From positions 1 to 54,724 of the forward strand of contig JBHHUM010000007.1 in assembly GCA_046861645.1 (NCBI GenBank): a DNA stretch of 54,724 nucleotides, read 5' to 3'. Each line of letters opens with the position of its first letter. Positions within the stretch are counted from its first letter, which is position 1. The stretch is from Fidelibacterota bacterium. GTDB lineage: Bacteria; Fidelibacterota; Marinisomatia; Marinisomatales; UBA2128. Positions 10,388 through 18,460 of this stretch are shown in pieces. The notes under the pieces are model-generated. The model searched no databases. It saw nothing but the letters and a program-made list of their open reading frames with translations, and had not been told where the DNA came from. The translations under genes and the position numbers were made by a program.

Positions 10388-10416
10388 TTGACAAGGGGGT
10401 TGTCCATGGATAAATT
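10388..10416 (+). promoter_or_regulatory. Promoter TTGACA-17-TAAATT, leaderless geometry
   Basis: Consensus -35, 17-nt spacer, -10 ending 6 nt before the GTG at 10423; no SD. Confidence 0.7.
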
Positions 10417-10422
10417 GCTACA

Positions 10423-10827
10423 GTGAAACGACTGATACAATTCTTATTCCTTCTACCTCTTGCGGGACTTTTCGCACAGACAGTTCCTCTATTCGATATA
10501 GATCTTCGCATTAGAGTTGTGGAAGATAATTTGCTGTATGTTGTTGTTCAGATCGACAACAGGTCCGGCCGGACAGTTAGCGAAATCGAGGGGTTCATTA
10601 CCGAAGTGGATCCTTCACTCCATATTGTCAGTGAGAAGAAAGTGACTCACCTCCATTCCTACGAAGCTCCTTTTGGACCGGGACAAACCATAATTCGGGG
10701 TTTGACCTATCCCTATGAAAAAACTCAAGATTATCGCTATCGTTATCATATCAGTAAAATAAGGTTTACCAAAGATTCTAATATCTATATGTACTCTCCG
10801 GTTATCGGCTTAGTTCGTATAGAATGA
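10423..10827 (+). CDS. Secreted hypothetical protein (beta-rich)
   Basis: 134 aa, signal peptide MKRLIQFLFLLPLAGLFAQ, own promoter, fills the gap between flanking genes. Confidence 0.75.
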   Translation: MKRLIQFLFLLPLAGLFAQTVPLFDIDLRIRVVEDNLLYVVVQIDNRSGRTVSEIEGFITEVDPSLHIVSEKKVTHLHSYEAPFGPGQTIIRGLTYPYEKTQDYRYRYHISKIRFTKDSNIYMYSPVIGLVRIE

Positions 10828-10828
10828 T

Positions 10829-11344
10829 TTAATCTTCTCCTGTTTTTTCAACCATTGCTTTTTGCTTCTTTTTCATGACATCATAGAGATTTTCCTTCAT
10901 CATCTGCAAAGTTAAATTGTTAATCCACTCCTTACTCTTTTGCTTGAAAGCATCCAGCATTTCCGGAGGTTGTTGTTGAGCCTGCATATTGACATAAACA
11001 ATAGCGGATGACACAGGAATATAACGATTAAGGGGATCGCGATAGAAATTATCCAACGCCCTAACTATTTCTGAGGTTCGGAGATAGTCGGAAAGTTCAT
11101 CACTGAAAAGAGAATCAGCTAAAGTCTCATCGGTAGGCCATACTCTCAGATAATCATACAACCTGCCATCTAAAAGACCATTCACGTAAGATGCCTTTGC
11201 TAGATAAACAAATTCAGGATAACCAATACCTTTTGCATCAAGTTTTACCCAATCCTGACCATCCCAAAAGATTTTATTCTCCTGAGCATGAAGGAACATT
11301 AAAAAAAGCAACCCAACTAATACTGCTCTAATATCTAATTTCAT
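10829..11344 (-). CDS. Secreted hypothetical protein (helical)
   Basis: 171 aa with signal peptide ending LHA-Q; converges on the previous gene with a 1-nt gap. Confidence 0.78.
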   Translation of the reverse strand: MKLDIRAVLVGLLFLMFLHAQENKIFWDGQDWVKLDAKGIGYPEFVYLAKASYVNGLLDGRLYDYLRVWPTDETLADSLFSDELSDYLRTSEIVRALDNFYRDPLNRYIPVSSAIVYVNMQAQQQPPEMLDAFKQKSKEWINNLTLQMMKENLYDVMKKKQKAMVEKTGED

Positions 11345-11353
11345 TACCGAACT

Positions 11354-11467
11354 TCACTCATCATCAGATTCTACCTTTTCAAATTTTCCCAAAAGACGCT
11401 TAATAAAGATAACAAAACCAAGTGATAGAACAGTCCCGAATACTAATCCTGCAAAGTTTGCACTCAT
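11354..11467 (-). CDS. 37-aa single-pass small membrane protein
   Basis: Hand-translated MSANFAGLVFGTVLSLGFVIFIKRLLGKFEKVESDDE; GGAG SD 6 nt before the ATG; stop 9 nt before the next gene's ATG; below the ORF-track cutoff. Confidence 0.65.
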   Translation of the reverse strand: MSANFAGLVFGTVLSLGFVIFIKRLLGKFEKVESDDE

Positions 11468-11661
11468 CGCTTTCTCCAGTAAATAATTATCGATTTTCGT
11501 TCATTATCCACAGGAATTTAATACTTAAATATTGTAAAATCGAATTAGGATAATATTATTTAGTAATTAAGGAATACTACCGTAAATGAAAGCCCACTTC
11601 ATGTCATTCACTGATAGATACTAAATAAAAGAAATTTTTGTATTACTACTTATTTACAAAA

Positions 11662-11698
11662 GAACTCAGCAAACGACTTTCCGCTGTCTCAACGGTTT
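11662..11698 (-). repeat. Degenerate partial copy of tRNA-Sec (att-like remnant)
   Basis: 34/37 identical to 11932..11968, spanning the anticodon-loop 3' side to the T-loop. Confidence 0.85.
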
Positions 11699-11913
11699 AA
11701 ATGTGCATGGACTCTTACAGATATCCCATAGTGAAGACCACTACTGAATCTTCGAGAAAAGACTCTTTGGTTGCTCATCTGTTGCTAATTGATCACAAAT
11801 TCTCACCAATCCTCACTAACTTGAGTGGAGTCCTAAGCGGAGTAAATCGTGTCAGTCAGGCATAATGAAGTGACCGTTTGTCTTCGTGAAGTAACTACAT
11901 TACATAAGCTTAG

Positions 11914-12006
11914 CGGGAACGCCTGGGAATCGAACCCAGCAAACGACTCTCCGCCGTCTCAACGGTTTTGAAGACCGCGGCGGGCACCAGCCTCGCAATC
12001 ATTCCC
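11914..12006 (-). tRNA. selC: tRNA-Sec (anticodon UCA)
   Basis: GGGAATGA-TT-GCGAGGC TGGT GCCCGC-C-GCGGT CTTCAAA ACCGT-TG-AGACGGC GGAGA GTCGTTT-G-CTGGG TTCGATT CCCAG-GCGTTCCC-G. Long acceptor arm, 6-bp D stem with 4-nt loop, UCA anticodon, long variable arm, G discriminator; CCA not encoded. Confidence 0.95.
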
Positions 12007-12012
12007 TTTAAT

Positions 12013-12126
12013 GGTGAACGGTAACAGGTAATTGGTAATCAGTACTTCTCTAAATAGTAACCTCAATCTTTCCTACCTGGATATCGTGTTGGCATAACGC
12101 ACACCACTCACCAATTACTACTCATT
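12013..12126. repeat. Two inverted arrays of degenerate heptamers
   Basis: 12013-12047: ggtgaac ggtaaca ggtaatt ggtaatc agtactt; 12099-12126: gcacacc actcacc aattact actcatt (reverse-complement type); includes the perfect pair gtaattggt/accaattac. Confidence 0.6.
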
Positions 12127-12167
12127 TATCCATCGTAGAATAACGTTAATAGACCTCCCACCAAAAC

Positions 12168-13049
12168 TCATTCCCCTCGCTTAACAACCATGAAATTAAA
12201 TCCAAAGTTTTTTTTCAGGTGATCGCCAACCTGGCTGGCCTCCTTTCTGGTTTCAAAACGTACAATCTGGACAGCCTGTAACTTTTTACCACTTACCGTA
12301 ATTGGCCATAATTCGACTTCATACCCTGCTTGTTCCAGTCGCTGTTTCTGGCGCATAGCGTTGACTTTGGAGCCGTAGGCTCCTACCTGAACTACATAAG
12401 GCCTTGGAACAGGTTTAGATTTTTCCTTGACTTTACTTTCATTTTTTTTCGTTGCTGAAGAAACGGGTTTTACTATGGCTTCAGAAAGTTCCTCCTCTGA
12501 TGCTGTGATCACTTCATTTTCCATTGGCCTAGTTACCAGAGGTTGACCTGTTTTATAATTATAGTTGAAATCTAAATATGGAAACTCCTTTTGATAAATT
12601 TCTAAATAAGTAGTGATACTATCCTTTTCGCCAATAGCCAAAAGAGAGTTGATCTGTAGATCGATAGCTCTTTGAATGTGTTCTGAGCGTGGATAAATGC
12701 GAGGTACTTTTGCTAATTGGGCACTAGCTTGAGTATATAGCCCGCGGGCATAAAGATACTCACCTACTTTCAGCATAGCATCATCAGCATATTTGCTGTT
12801 AGGATGGTTTTGGATGAGTTTTTTGTAAGCCATTACCGCATCTTCCGCTCGCTCTTGAGACTGAGCTGCCAAAAACATTACTCCAGCATGATTAGGAAAT
12901 TGTGCTAATAATTGATCAATATCCGCCCGGACTTCGGAAAGTTTTCCTTCTTCTAAAAGCTCAAAATATCGAGTCAAATTCTGTGATCTGGTGACACTAA
13001 TAGATATTAAGATCGAGATAGAAAACAATAATCTCTTAGATTGTAACAT
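12168..13049 (-). CDS. Periplasmic TPR + SPOR domain protein
   Basis: Signal peptide, CpoB/BamD-like TPR (HPNSKYADDAMLKVG), low-complexity linker, C-terminal SPOR (YVVQVGAYGSKVNA...FETRKEA). Confidence 0.85.
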   Translation of the reverse strand: MLQSKRLLFSISILISISVTRSQNLTRYFELLEEGKLSEVRADIDQLLAQFPNHAGVMFLAAQSQERAEDAVMAYKKLIQNHPNSKYADDAMLKVGEYLYARGLYTQASAQLAKVPRIYPRSEHIQRAIDLQINSLLAIGEKDSITTYLEIYQKEFPYLDFNYNYKTGQPLVTRPMENEVITASEEELSEAIVKPVSSATKKNESKVKEKSKPVPRPYVVQVGAYGSKVNAMRQKQRLEQAGYEVELWPITVSGKKLQAVQIVRFETRKEASQVGDHLKKNFGFNFMVVKRGE

Positions 13050-13060
13050 AGAATCTTACT

Positions 13061-14074
13061 TCAGGCAACTCTTCTGGTTTGACCATTTCCGGAAGGGATA
13101 AGTTCGACGATTTTATCCACTTCTGCTGAAAGTTGATCCTGATGGACTCTATGAAGTGAGACCTTCAAACGAGCTAAGCGAGCACGAATGGATCTTCGGT
13201 TTCTTGCTAAAGCATCATCCACAATTCCCATCGCCTGTTCATGTTCACCTTTTGCCTGTAATACATCGACTAAACCAATCAAGGCATCCATATCATTAGG
13301 ATTCCGGGATAATATATCACGATAAAAATCTTCAACTTCGCCATATCTACCTAATTGATATAAGCATTTTTCTACTCGTTGGAATACCTGCTTTGCAGCG
13401 GAAGGTGCTAATTCTGCAAATTTCCACCATTGTATCAGAGCCTGATCAAGATTACCAGATTTTTCATTCAGGTTACCAAGATAAAGATAGGGATCAGCGT
13501 AAGTTTCATCAATTGTGATAGCCTCTTGGTAATCTTCTTGTGCACCGTCAATATCACCCCCGATTTCCTTGGACTGTCCAATCATCATCCGATATCGTGC
13601 GTGACGGCGAGAATCTTTTTCTGTTGATGATTTCTCAAGCTTGCTCAGTAGGTTATCTGCCTTTTCCCAATCATGCTCTTCTTCTGCTATACGAACTAAA
13701 AAATCAGAAGCCCAGTTGTTGTGTTTATCCAGCTCTAAAACTTTATTCGTATTCTCCCTCGCCATACGAGTTTTTCCCAATTGGAGATAATCCTTAGCTA
13801 AACTGGAATGTATTAAAATCTTTTGTTCTTTTGTAAGTCTTTGCCGAATAGTAAGTGATCGGTGAATTTTAATGGCTTGATCAATAATATTTCTCTTCCT
13901 GAGAATATCAGCCAGTTGAACGTAAGCATTTACATTACTGCTATCTAATTGTACCACTTCCCTGAATTTAGTAAGAGCCTTTTCAGAATTACCCGCAATC
14001 AAGCTCTCAAGTGCTTCAATATAAAGAGAAGTACTATCTTTATGTTTACTTAGGAAACGGTCGAAAAGACTCAA
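13061..14074 (-). CDS. LapB-like TPR protein (lipopolysaccharide assembly protein B homolog)
   Basis: TPR array with LapB-like LADILRKR...AIKIHRSL and LAKDYL motifs; TTG start overlaps the lapA stop (TTGA); lacks the usual TM anchor and rubredoxin domain. Confidence 0.75.
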   Translation of the reverse strand: MSLFDRFLSKHKDSTSLYIEALESLIAGNSEKALTKFREVVQLDSSNVNAYVQLADILRKRNIIDQAIKIHRSLTIRQRLTKEQKILIHSSLAKDYLQLGKTRMARENTNKVLELDKHNNWASDFLVRIAEEEHDWEKADNLLSKLEKSSTEKDSRRHARYRMMIGQSKEIGGDIDGAQEDYQEAITIDETYADPYLYLGNLNEKSGNLDQALIQWWKFAELAPSAAKQVFQRVEKCLYQLGRYGEVEDFYRDILSRNPNDMDALIGLVDVLQAKGEHEQAMGIVDDALARNRRSIRARLARLKVSLHRVHQDQLSAEVDKIVELIPSGNGQTRRVA

Positions 14075-14400
14075 TTGAAATCATCCTCTTCTTCATCAGT
14101 TACTTCCAATAATCCTTCATCTACAGCGATGTTCCGTAGAGAGTGTAGTTCACCAGTAAGACGTCTATTTTCAATTTTAGCAATTCTCGCTTCGTTCTTG
14201 GCCGTAAGAATTGATGTGGCTGCAATTCCAAAACCGATTACTATTCCAATAGCTATTGTGACAACCAGTACCACAGGTATGTCAACATCAGTGAATTTGA
14301 CAAAAAGAAGATCAACACTTACTTCACCTCTGTTTTGAATTAAAATTAGAACCAATCCCAACACAACAAGAAGTCCAATAAAAACTTTAAATAGTCGCAT
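14071..14400 (-). CDS. lapA: LapA family membrane protein
   Basis: Two TM helices with QN...V-x-V-x-LLF between them and a coiled tail; start reassigned to ATG 14400 with a GGGAGAG SD; precedes the lapB-like gene. Confidence 0.8.
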   Translation of the reverse strand: MRLFKVFIGLLVVLGLVLILIQNRGEVSVDLLFVKFTDVDIPVVLVVTIAIGIVIGFGIAATSILTAKNEARIAKIENRRLTGELHSLRNIAVDEGLLEVTDEEEDDFN

Positions 14401-15718
14401 AGGTACTCTCCCAGTTTTTCGATGGTTCACCAAAAAGGGTCACACCATGAGCAGCATTAATGGTGACGGACACTATCTCCCCCATAGTAGTTTGTTCTTT
14501 AGGGAAAATCACCCACTTATTATTATCTGTCCTCCCTGCCCAATGAGCAGTGGATTTTTTGCTTTCTTTTTCTATTAAGACCTCCACTGTCCGGCCAACT
14601 TCTTGAGTATTTCTATACAAAGTATGCTTCTTTTGCAGAGATATGAGTTCATTCAAACGACTTATTTTTTCATCTTCAGTAACAATATCATCATATTCCG
14701 CTGCTTTGGTTCCTGGACGAGGAGAATATTTAAAAGTAAAAGCAGAATCAAATTTCACTTTCTCCATCACCGAAAGAGTATCTTCGAAATCCTCATGTGT
14801 TTCTCCAGGAAAACCTACAATAATATCTGTGGTTAACCCACAACCGGGAAGTATATCCCGAATACGATCTACCAGAATTAAGAATTCATCCCGAGTATAA
14901 GTACGATTCATACGTTTCAGAACTTGATTAGAACCAGCTTGAAGAGGAAGATGGATAGACTTACACAAATTGGTATGATCTCGCATAACCTGAAGCATTT
15001 CATCATTCACATCCTTTGGATGTGGTGAGGTAAATCTCACTCGTTTCAGTCCCGGTACATAAGCCACCGCTTCCAAGAGATCGGGAAAACGGAACGTCTG
15101 ATACCTATAAGAATTCACATTCTGGCCCAGGAGGGTGACTTCTTGAAAACCATCATCAACTGCAATTCGCACTTCTTCCACTATGCTCTTTAAGGAGCGG
15201 CTGCGTTCTCGTCCTCGAGTAAAAGGCACAATGCAAAAGGTGCAAAATTTGTCACATCCCCTCATAATGGATACCCAGGCATTAATTCCAGCAGTTCTGG
15301 AGGGAAATAGTTGTTCGTAGACTTCAAACTTAGACAAACGAGTATCTACGATCGATTTCGTAAGCCTTTTCTGACGATGTATTATTTCCGGGAGACGCCG
15401 ATAAGAATCTGGACCGAGTACAAAATCAACAAAGGATTTATTCTCGAGAATATCATCCTTGAGATGTTGAGCCATACAACCAATTAAACCCAATAGGAGG
15501 TCGGGATTTTTTCTTTTCATTTTCCTGAGCACTCCCAACCGTGAATAAACCTTATCTTCAGCATGTTCTCTTATGGCACACGTATTAACGAAGATAGCAT
15601 GGGCTTCCTCAATTTGCTTTGCACGAATAAACCCTTCGTGCTCCATAATACTGGCTACAATCTCGGAATCTGCCAAATTCATCTGGCAACCATAGGTCTC
15701 AATATAATAGCGCTTCAT
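14387..15718 (-). CDS. miaB: tRNA-2-methylthio-N6-isopentenyladenosine synthase
   Basis: YIETYGCQMN, NTCAIRE, GCMAQ, radical-SAM GCDKFCTFC, RFTSPHP, DIIVGFPGET, YSPRPGT, TRAM end; start taken at ATG 15718. Confidence 0.96.
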   Translation of the reverse strand: MKRYYIETYGCQMNLADSEIVASIMEHEGFIRAKQIEEAHAIFVNTCAIREHAEDKVYSRLGVLRKMKRKNPDLLLGLIGCMAQHLKDDILENKSFVDFVLGPDSYRRLPEIIHRQKRLTKSIVDTRLSKFEVYEQLFPSRTAGINAWVSIMRGCDKFCTFCIVPFTRGRERSRSLKSIVEEVRIAVDDGFQEVTLLGQNVNSYRYQTFRFPDLLEAVAYVPGLKRVRFTSPHPKDVNDEMLQVMRDHTNLCKSIHLPLQAGSNQVLKRMNRTYTRDEFLILVDRIRDILPGCGLTTDIIVGFPGETHEDFEDTLSVMEKVKFDSAFTFKYSPRPGTKAAEYDDIVTEDEKISRLNELISLQKKHTLYRNTQEVGRTVEVLIEKESKKSTAHWAGRTDNNKWVIFPKEQTTMGEIVSVTINAAHGVTLFGEPSKNWESTYATI

Positions 15719-15725
15719 AAAGATG

Positions 15726-15754
15726 AAGTTACTCCCGCCTTCAAGAAGTGTCAA
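15726..15754 (-). promoter_or_regulatory. Promoter TTGACA-17-TAACTT, leaderless geometry for miaB
   Basis: Consensus -35, 17-nt spacer, -10 ending 7 nt before the miaB ATG. Confidence 0.65.
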
Positions 15755-15814
15755 GTTGGGAATGTGAGCTGATCAGATGATAAATGCCGGTTAAAGAAGA
15801 GATTGAAACTGCTT

Positions 15815-16762
15815 CTACTTTATGGGTCCACTAAAAAAGTAATTTTGGGGGTCCTGAGGTGTACCATAATAGTGGACTTCATAATGTAAGTGAGGACCAG
15901 TAGTACGACCTGTAGCACCGACTTCCCCGATGACATCTCCACGCTTTATCTTCTGTCCAGGACGAACGTATACTTTATTTAAATGAGCATAAAGGGATTG
16001 ATAGCCATGTCCATGATTTATCTTAACCGTTTTTCCATAACTGCCATGATAAGAGGCTAAGACAATCTTACCATCAGCAGAAGCATAGATAGGTGTCCCC
16101 CGATTTGCAGAAATATCCAATCCATAATGGAAACCTCGTTCCTTAGTGAATGGATCAGGTCGGTATCCGTACCCAGTATTGAGATAACCCCCTTCAACAG
16201 GGCGTATGGAAGGAATCGAGGATATTTTCTCTGAGTTCTCTCTGATCGCGTCGTAAATCGTCGAAAAACTCTCCCGCTCAAAACGTATTTTTCTGGCCAG
16301 ATCTTCCAGGTCAACCTCTAACGCAGCTAATTTTGATTCCAGATTAGGTAGTAATTCATTAATGGAACCGGTACCGCCTACATTGCGACCTCCTACACCC
16401 AACTTCCTTACATCTAAATCAACCTGGGGAAGGTTTGCATAAGTTCGGAGCGCTTTATCTTTCTCTTCAATTTCCATTATTTCGTTAACCATTTTATCCA
16501 GCTTATCTTCCAGTTTTGTCACTGAAGTAGTTAATATTTGATGCTTTTGGCGATATTCAATCAATCTTGATTGATATAGTACATCCGTGAGAAAATCTGC
16601 AGTGAAAAAGAGAAGTGCGGAACAGAGAACGATAACCAGAATTGAGATCGTCGCCAGGGAATTATGAGATAAAGACCATTGCTTAACATCTCCGTCATCA
16701 TCACTCATAACAACAAAGCGTACCGCTCTGGATTGTTTCTTCTTACGAAATGGCAGTTTCAT
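15815..16762 (-). CDS. M23 family peptidoglycan endopeptidase
   Basis: N-terminal TM helix, coiled coil, LytM domain with HYGLD, YAHL and TGPHLHYEV. Confidence 0.93.
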   Translation of the reverse strand: MKLPFRKKKQSRAVRFVVMSDDDGDVKQWSLSHNSLATISILVIVLCSALLFFTADFLTDVLYQSRLIEYRQKHQILTTSVTKLEDKLDKMVNEIMEIEEKDKALRTYANLPQVDLDVRKLGVGGRNVGGTGSINELLPNLESKLAALEVDLEDLARKIRFERESFSTIYDAIRENSEKISSIPSIRPVEGGYLNTGYGYRPDPFTKERGFHYGLDISANRGTPIYASADGKIVLASYHGSYGKTVKINHGHGYQSLYAHLNKVYVRPGQKIKRGDVIGEVGATGRTTGPHLHYEVHYYGTPQDPQNYFFSGPIK

Positions 16763-16827
16763 GGGAGAATCTTTTAAGTAGATTAGGCCTAAATTACCCA
16801 GTCTAAAGGATAATATCCAACAGGAAA

Positions 16828-17673
16828 TCAGCCCAGGTAGGTTCGTAGTAAATAAGCTCGAGTATTGTGTCTGAGGCGATGTATAGCCCGCTCTTTCAGC
16901 TGCCTGACTCGCTCACGGGTAAGGTGTAATGATTCCCCGATCTCTACTAGAGTGAAAGGTCGGTCGAGTCCAATCCCGAAGTAATAACGAATCACTTTAG
17001 CCTCCCTTTCGGGGATAGTACTCAAAACACGGTCTATCTCTGATTTCAGGGAAAATGTCATGATCTGTGCTTCAGGACGGTTATCTGCAGAGGCAAGTAA
17101 ATCCCTTAAGGCAGTGTGTTCATCATCATTAATAGGTTGATCGGTAGAAACAGTTTGTACTCCGTGACGGAACAACTCTTCCGCTTCTTCCTCAGTTATT
17201 TTCATTACCCCGGCTAATTCCTCTAAAGTTGGTTCCCGCTCGAAAGTCTGCTCAAGCTCATCTGATCGCTTCTTCATCCTTGAAATTGCACCCGTCACAT
17301 TGGATGGTAAACGGATCATACGTCCCCGATCTGCGATAAACTGTAAAATAGACTGTCTTATCCACCAGACAGCATAGGAGATGAACTTGAATCCACGGGA
17401 TTCATCAAATCGATGTGCAGCTTTGATAAGACCAATGTTTCCCTCGTTGATCAGATCTTCCAGGGCAATACTGGGAACACGGTATTTGTTGGCTACAGTG
17501 ATTACAAATTTCAGATTGGCATTAATAAGCTGATTAAGGGCATCATGATCACCTTCCCTGACTCTACGAGCCAGCTCCACCTCGTCCTCAGGACTCAGAG
17601 GTTCAGTTTTATCTATTTCAGAAAAGTAAAGTTGGAGCGCTTTACTCAGTCGATCACTTGGATGGGAAGGCAA
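16828..17673 (-). CDS. RpoD/SigA-family sigma factor lacking region 1.1
   Basis: Regions 1.2-4: DLINEGNIGLIKAAHRFD, FISYAVWWIRQSI, TLVEIGESLHLTRERVRQ; 281 aa; TTG start with AAGGGGG SD. Confidence 0.92.
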   Translation of the reverse strand: MPSHPSDRLSKALQLYFSEIDKTEPLSPEDEVELARRVREGDHDALNQLINANLKFVITVANKYRVPSIALEDLINEGNIGLIKAAHRFDESRGFKFISYAVWWIRQSILQFIADRGRMIRLPSNVTGAISRMKKRSDELEQTFEREPTLEELAGVMKITEEEAEELFRHGVQTVSTDQPINDDEHTALRDLLASADNRPEAQIMTFSLKSEIDRVLSTIPEREAKVIRYYFGIGLDRPFTLVEIGESLHLTRERVRQLKERAIHRLRHNTRAYLLRTYLG

Positions 17674-17699
17674 ATTTCCCCCTTGTAGTCAGAATTTAA

Positions 17700-18110
17700 C
17701 TACTCCACAGACTCTTTAGAGTTTTGGACTTCGACAGGTTCCTCTTGCTCAGGTTTTGGAGTAGTGGTCTCCTCAAACTCCTGTTTAATTCGTTCAATTT
17801 CAGCCTGCTTCTCAGCAATTTGGAGTTTAAGATTCTTGGCCTTTTCGATAAAGGAGTAATATTTCTCATTACCCGTGAAGGTACTAATATTTTCATCATC
17901 AGTAGCCACAAACACAAATTCCCCCATGGCCTGAAAAATGTCATCTAAATCTCTTTGTAACTGATGCATCTGTAACTTTACTCTACCAATTTTGGTCATC
18001 TCTTCAGTCTTACTGGCAGCCACTTTACCAAATTCCTCAGCTTTTTCAGCAGCTGTATTACCCCAGACCCTTAAGTTCTTCTTTAAATCATCCCAGAATT
18101 TTGACATCAT
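17700..18110 (-). CDS. Coiled-coil hypothetical protein
   Basis: 136 aa, helical; AAGGAG SD and own consensus promoter; start may be 18107. Confidence 0.85.
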   Translation of the reverse strand: MMSKFWDDLKKNLRVWGNTAAEKAEEFGKVAASKTEEMTKIGRVKLQMHQLQRDLDDIFQAMGEFVFVATDDENISTFTGNEKYYSFIEKAKNLKLQIAEKQAEIERIKQEFEETTTPKPEQEEPVEVQNSKESVE

Positions 18111-18130
18111 TTCTCCTTATACGTTTCTGC

Positions 18131-18159
18131 AATTTATCTTCCATCCAGTGTAGTGTCAA
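18131..18159 (-). promoter_or_regulatory. Promoter TTGACA-17-TAAATT
   Basis: Same hexamers and spacing as the 10388 promoter; upstream of 17700..18110 and the sigma gene. Confidence 0.7.
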
Positions 18160-18170
18160 GGTTGTTTCAC

Positions 18171-18332
18171 TCATCTTTTTAAAAGCCAAGCTGCAGTATA
18201 AAACATTCCAGCTCCTAAAGCTAAAGCCTGAACCTCCAAGACCAAATCACGATTTCGAATACCAAAGTAAAGTCCTGAAAGTACCATCAGCATGGCCATT
18301 ACCTGAAGCGATCTGTATAATACATATCGCAC
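18171..18332 (-). CDS. 53-aa two-TM small membrane protein
   Basis: Hand-translated from GTG 18332: MRYVLYRSLQVMAMLMVLSGLYFGIRNRDLVLEVQALALGAGMFYTAAWLLKR; helical-hairpin hydropathy with basic termini; below the ORF-track cutoff. Confidence 0.7.
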   Translation of the reverse strand: MRYVLYRSLQVMAMLMVLSGLYFGIRNRDLVLEVQALALGAGMFYTAAWLLKR

Positions 18333-18460
18333 AATAAACTTTTCGGTTATGCTAAAGTTCCTGTTACCACGTTACAATCAGAGACATTACCTCTAAAAGT
18401 GCCAGGGAATTTACATCTGAGAACTGGGCTCTGTGAGAAAAAAGAATTAGGTGGATATCT

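Noticed and set aside
11504..11512. Perfect DnaA box TTATCCACA in an AT-rich intergenic region (oriC?)
   Set aside because: Single box with no cluster and no dnaA/dnaN nearby; another copy lies inside add, consistent with chance.
15815..17673. nlpD-rpoS equivalence
   Set aside because: Order is reversed, the M23 protein has no LysM or lipobox, and the sigma is not RpoS-like.
18101..18337. 78-aa plus-strand ORF
   Set aside because: Overlaps a consensus minus-strand promoter and the more protein-like 53-aa minus-strand ORF.
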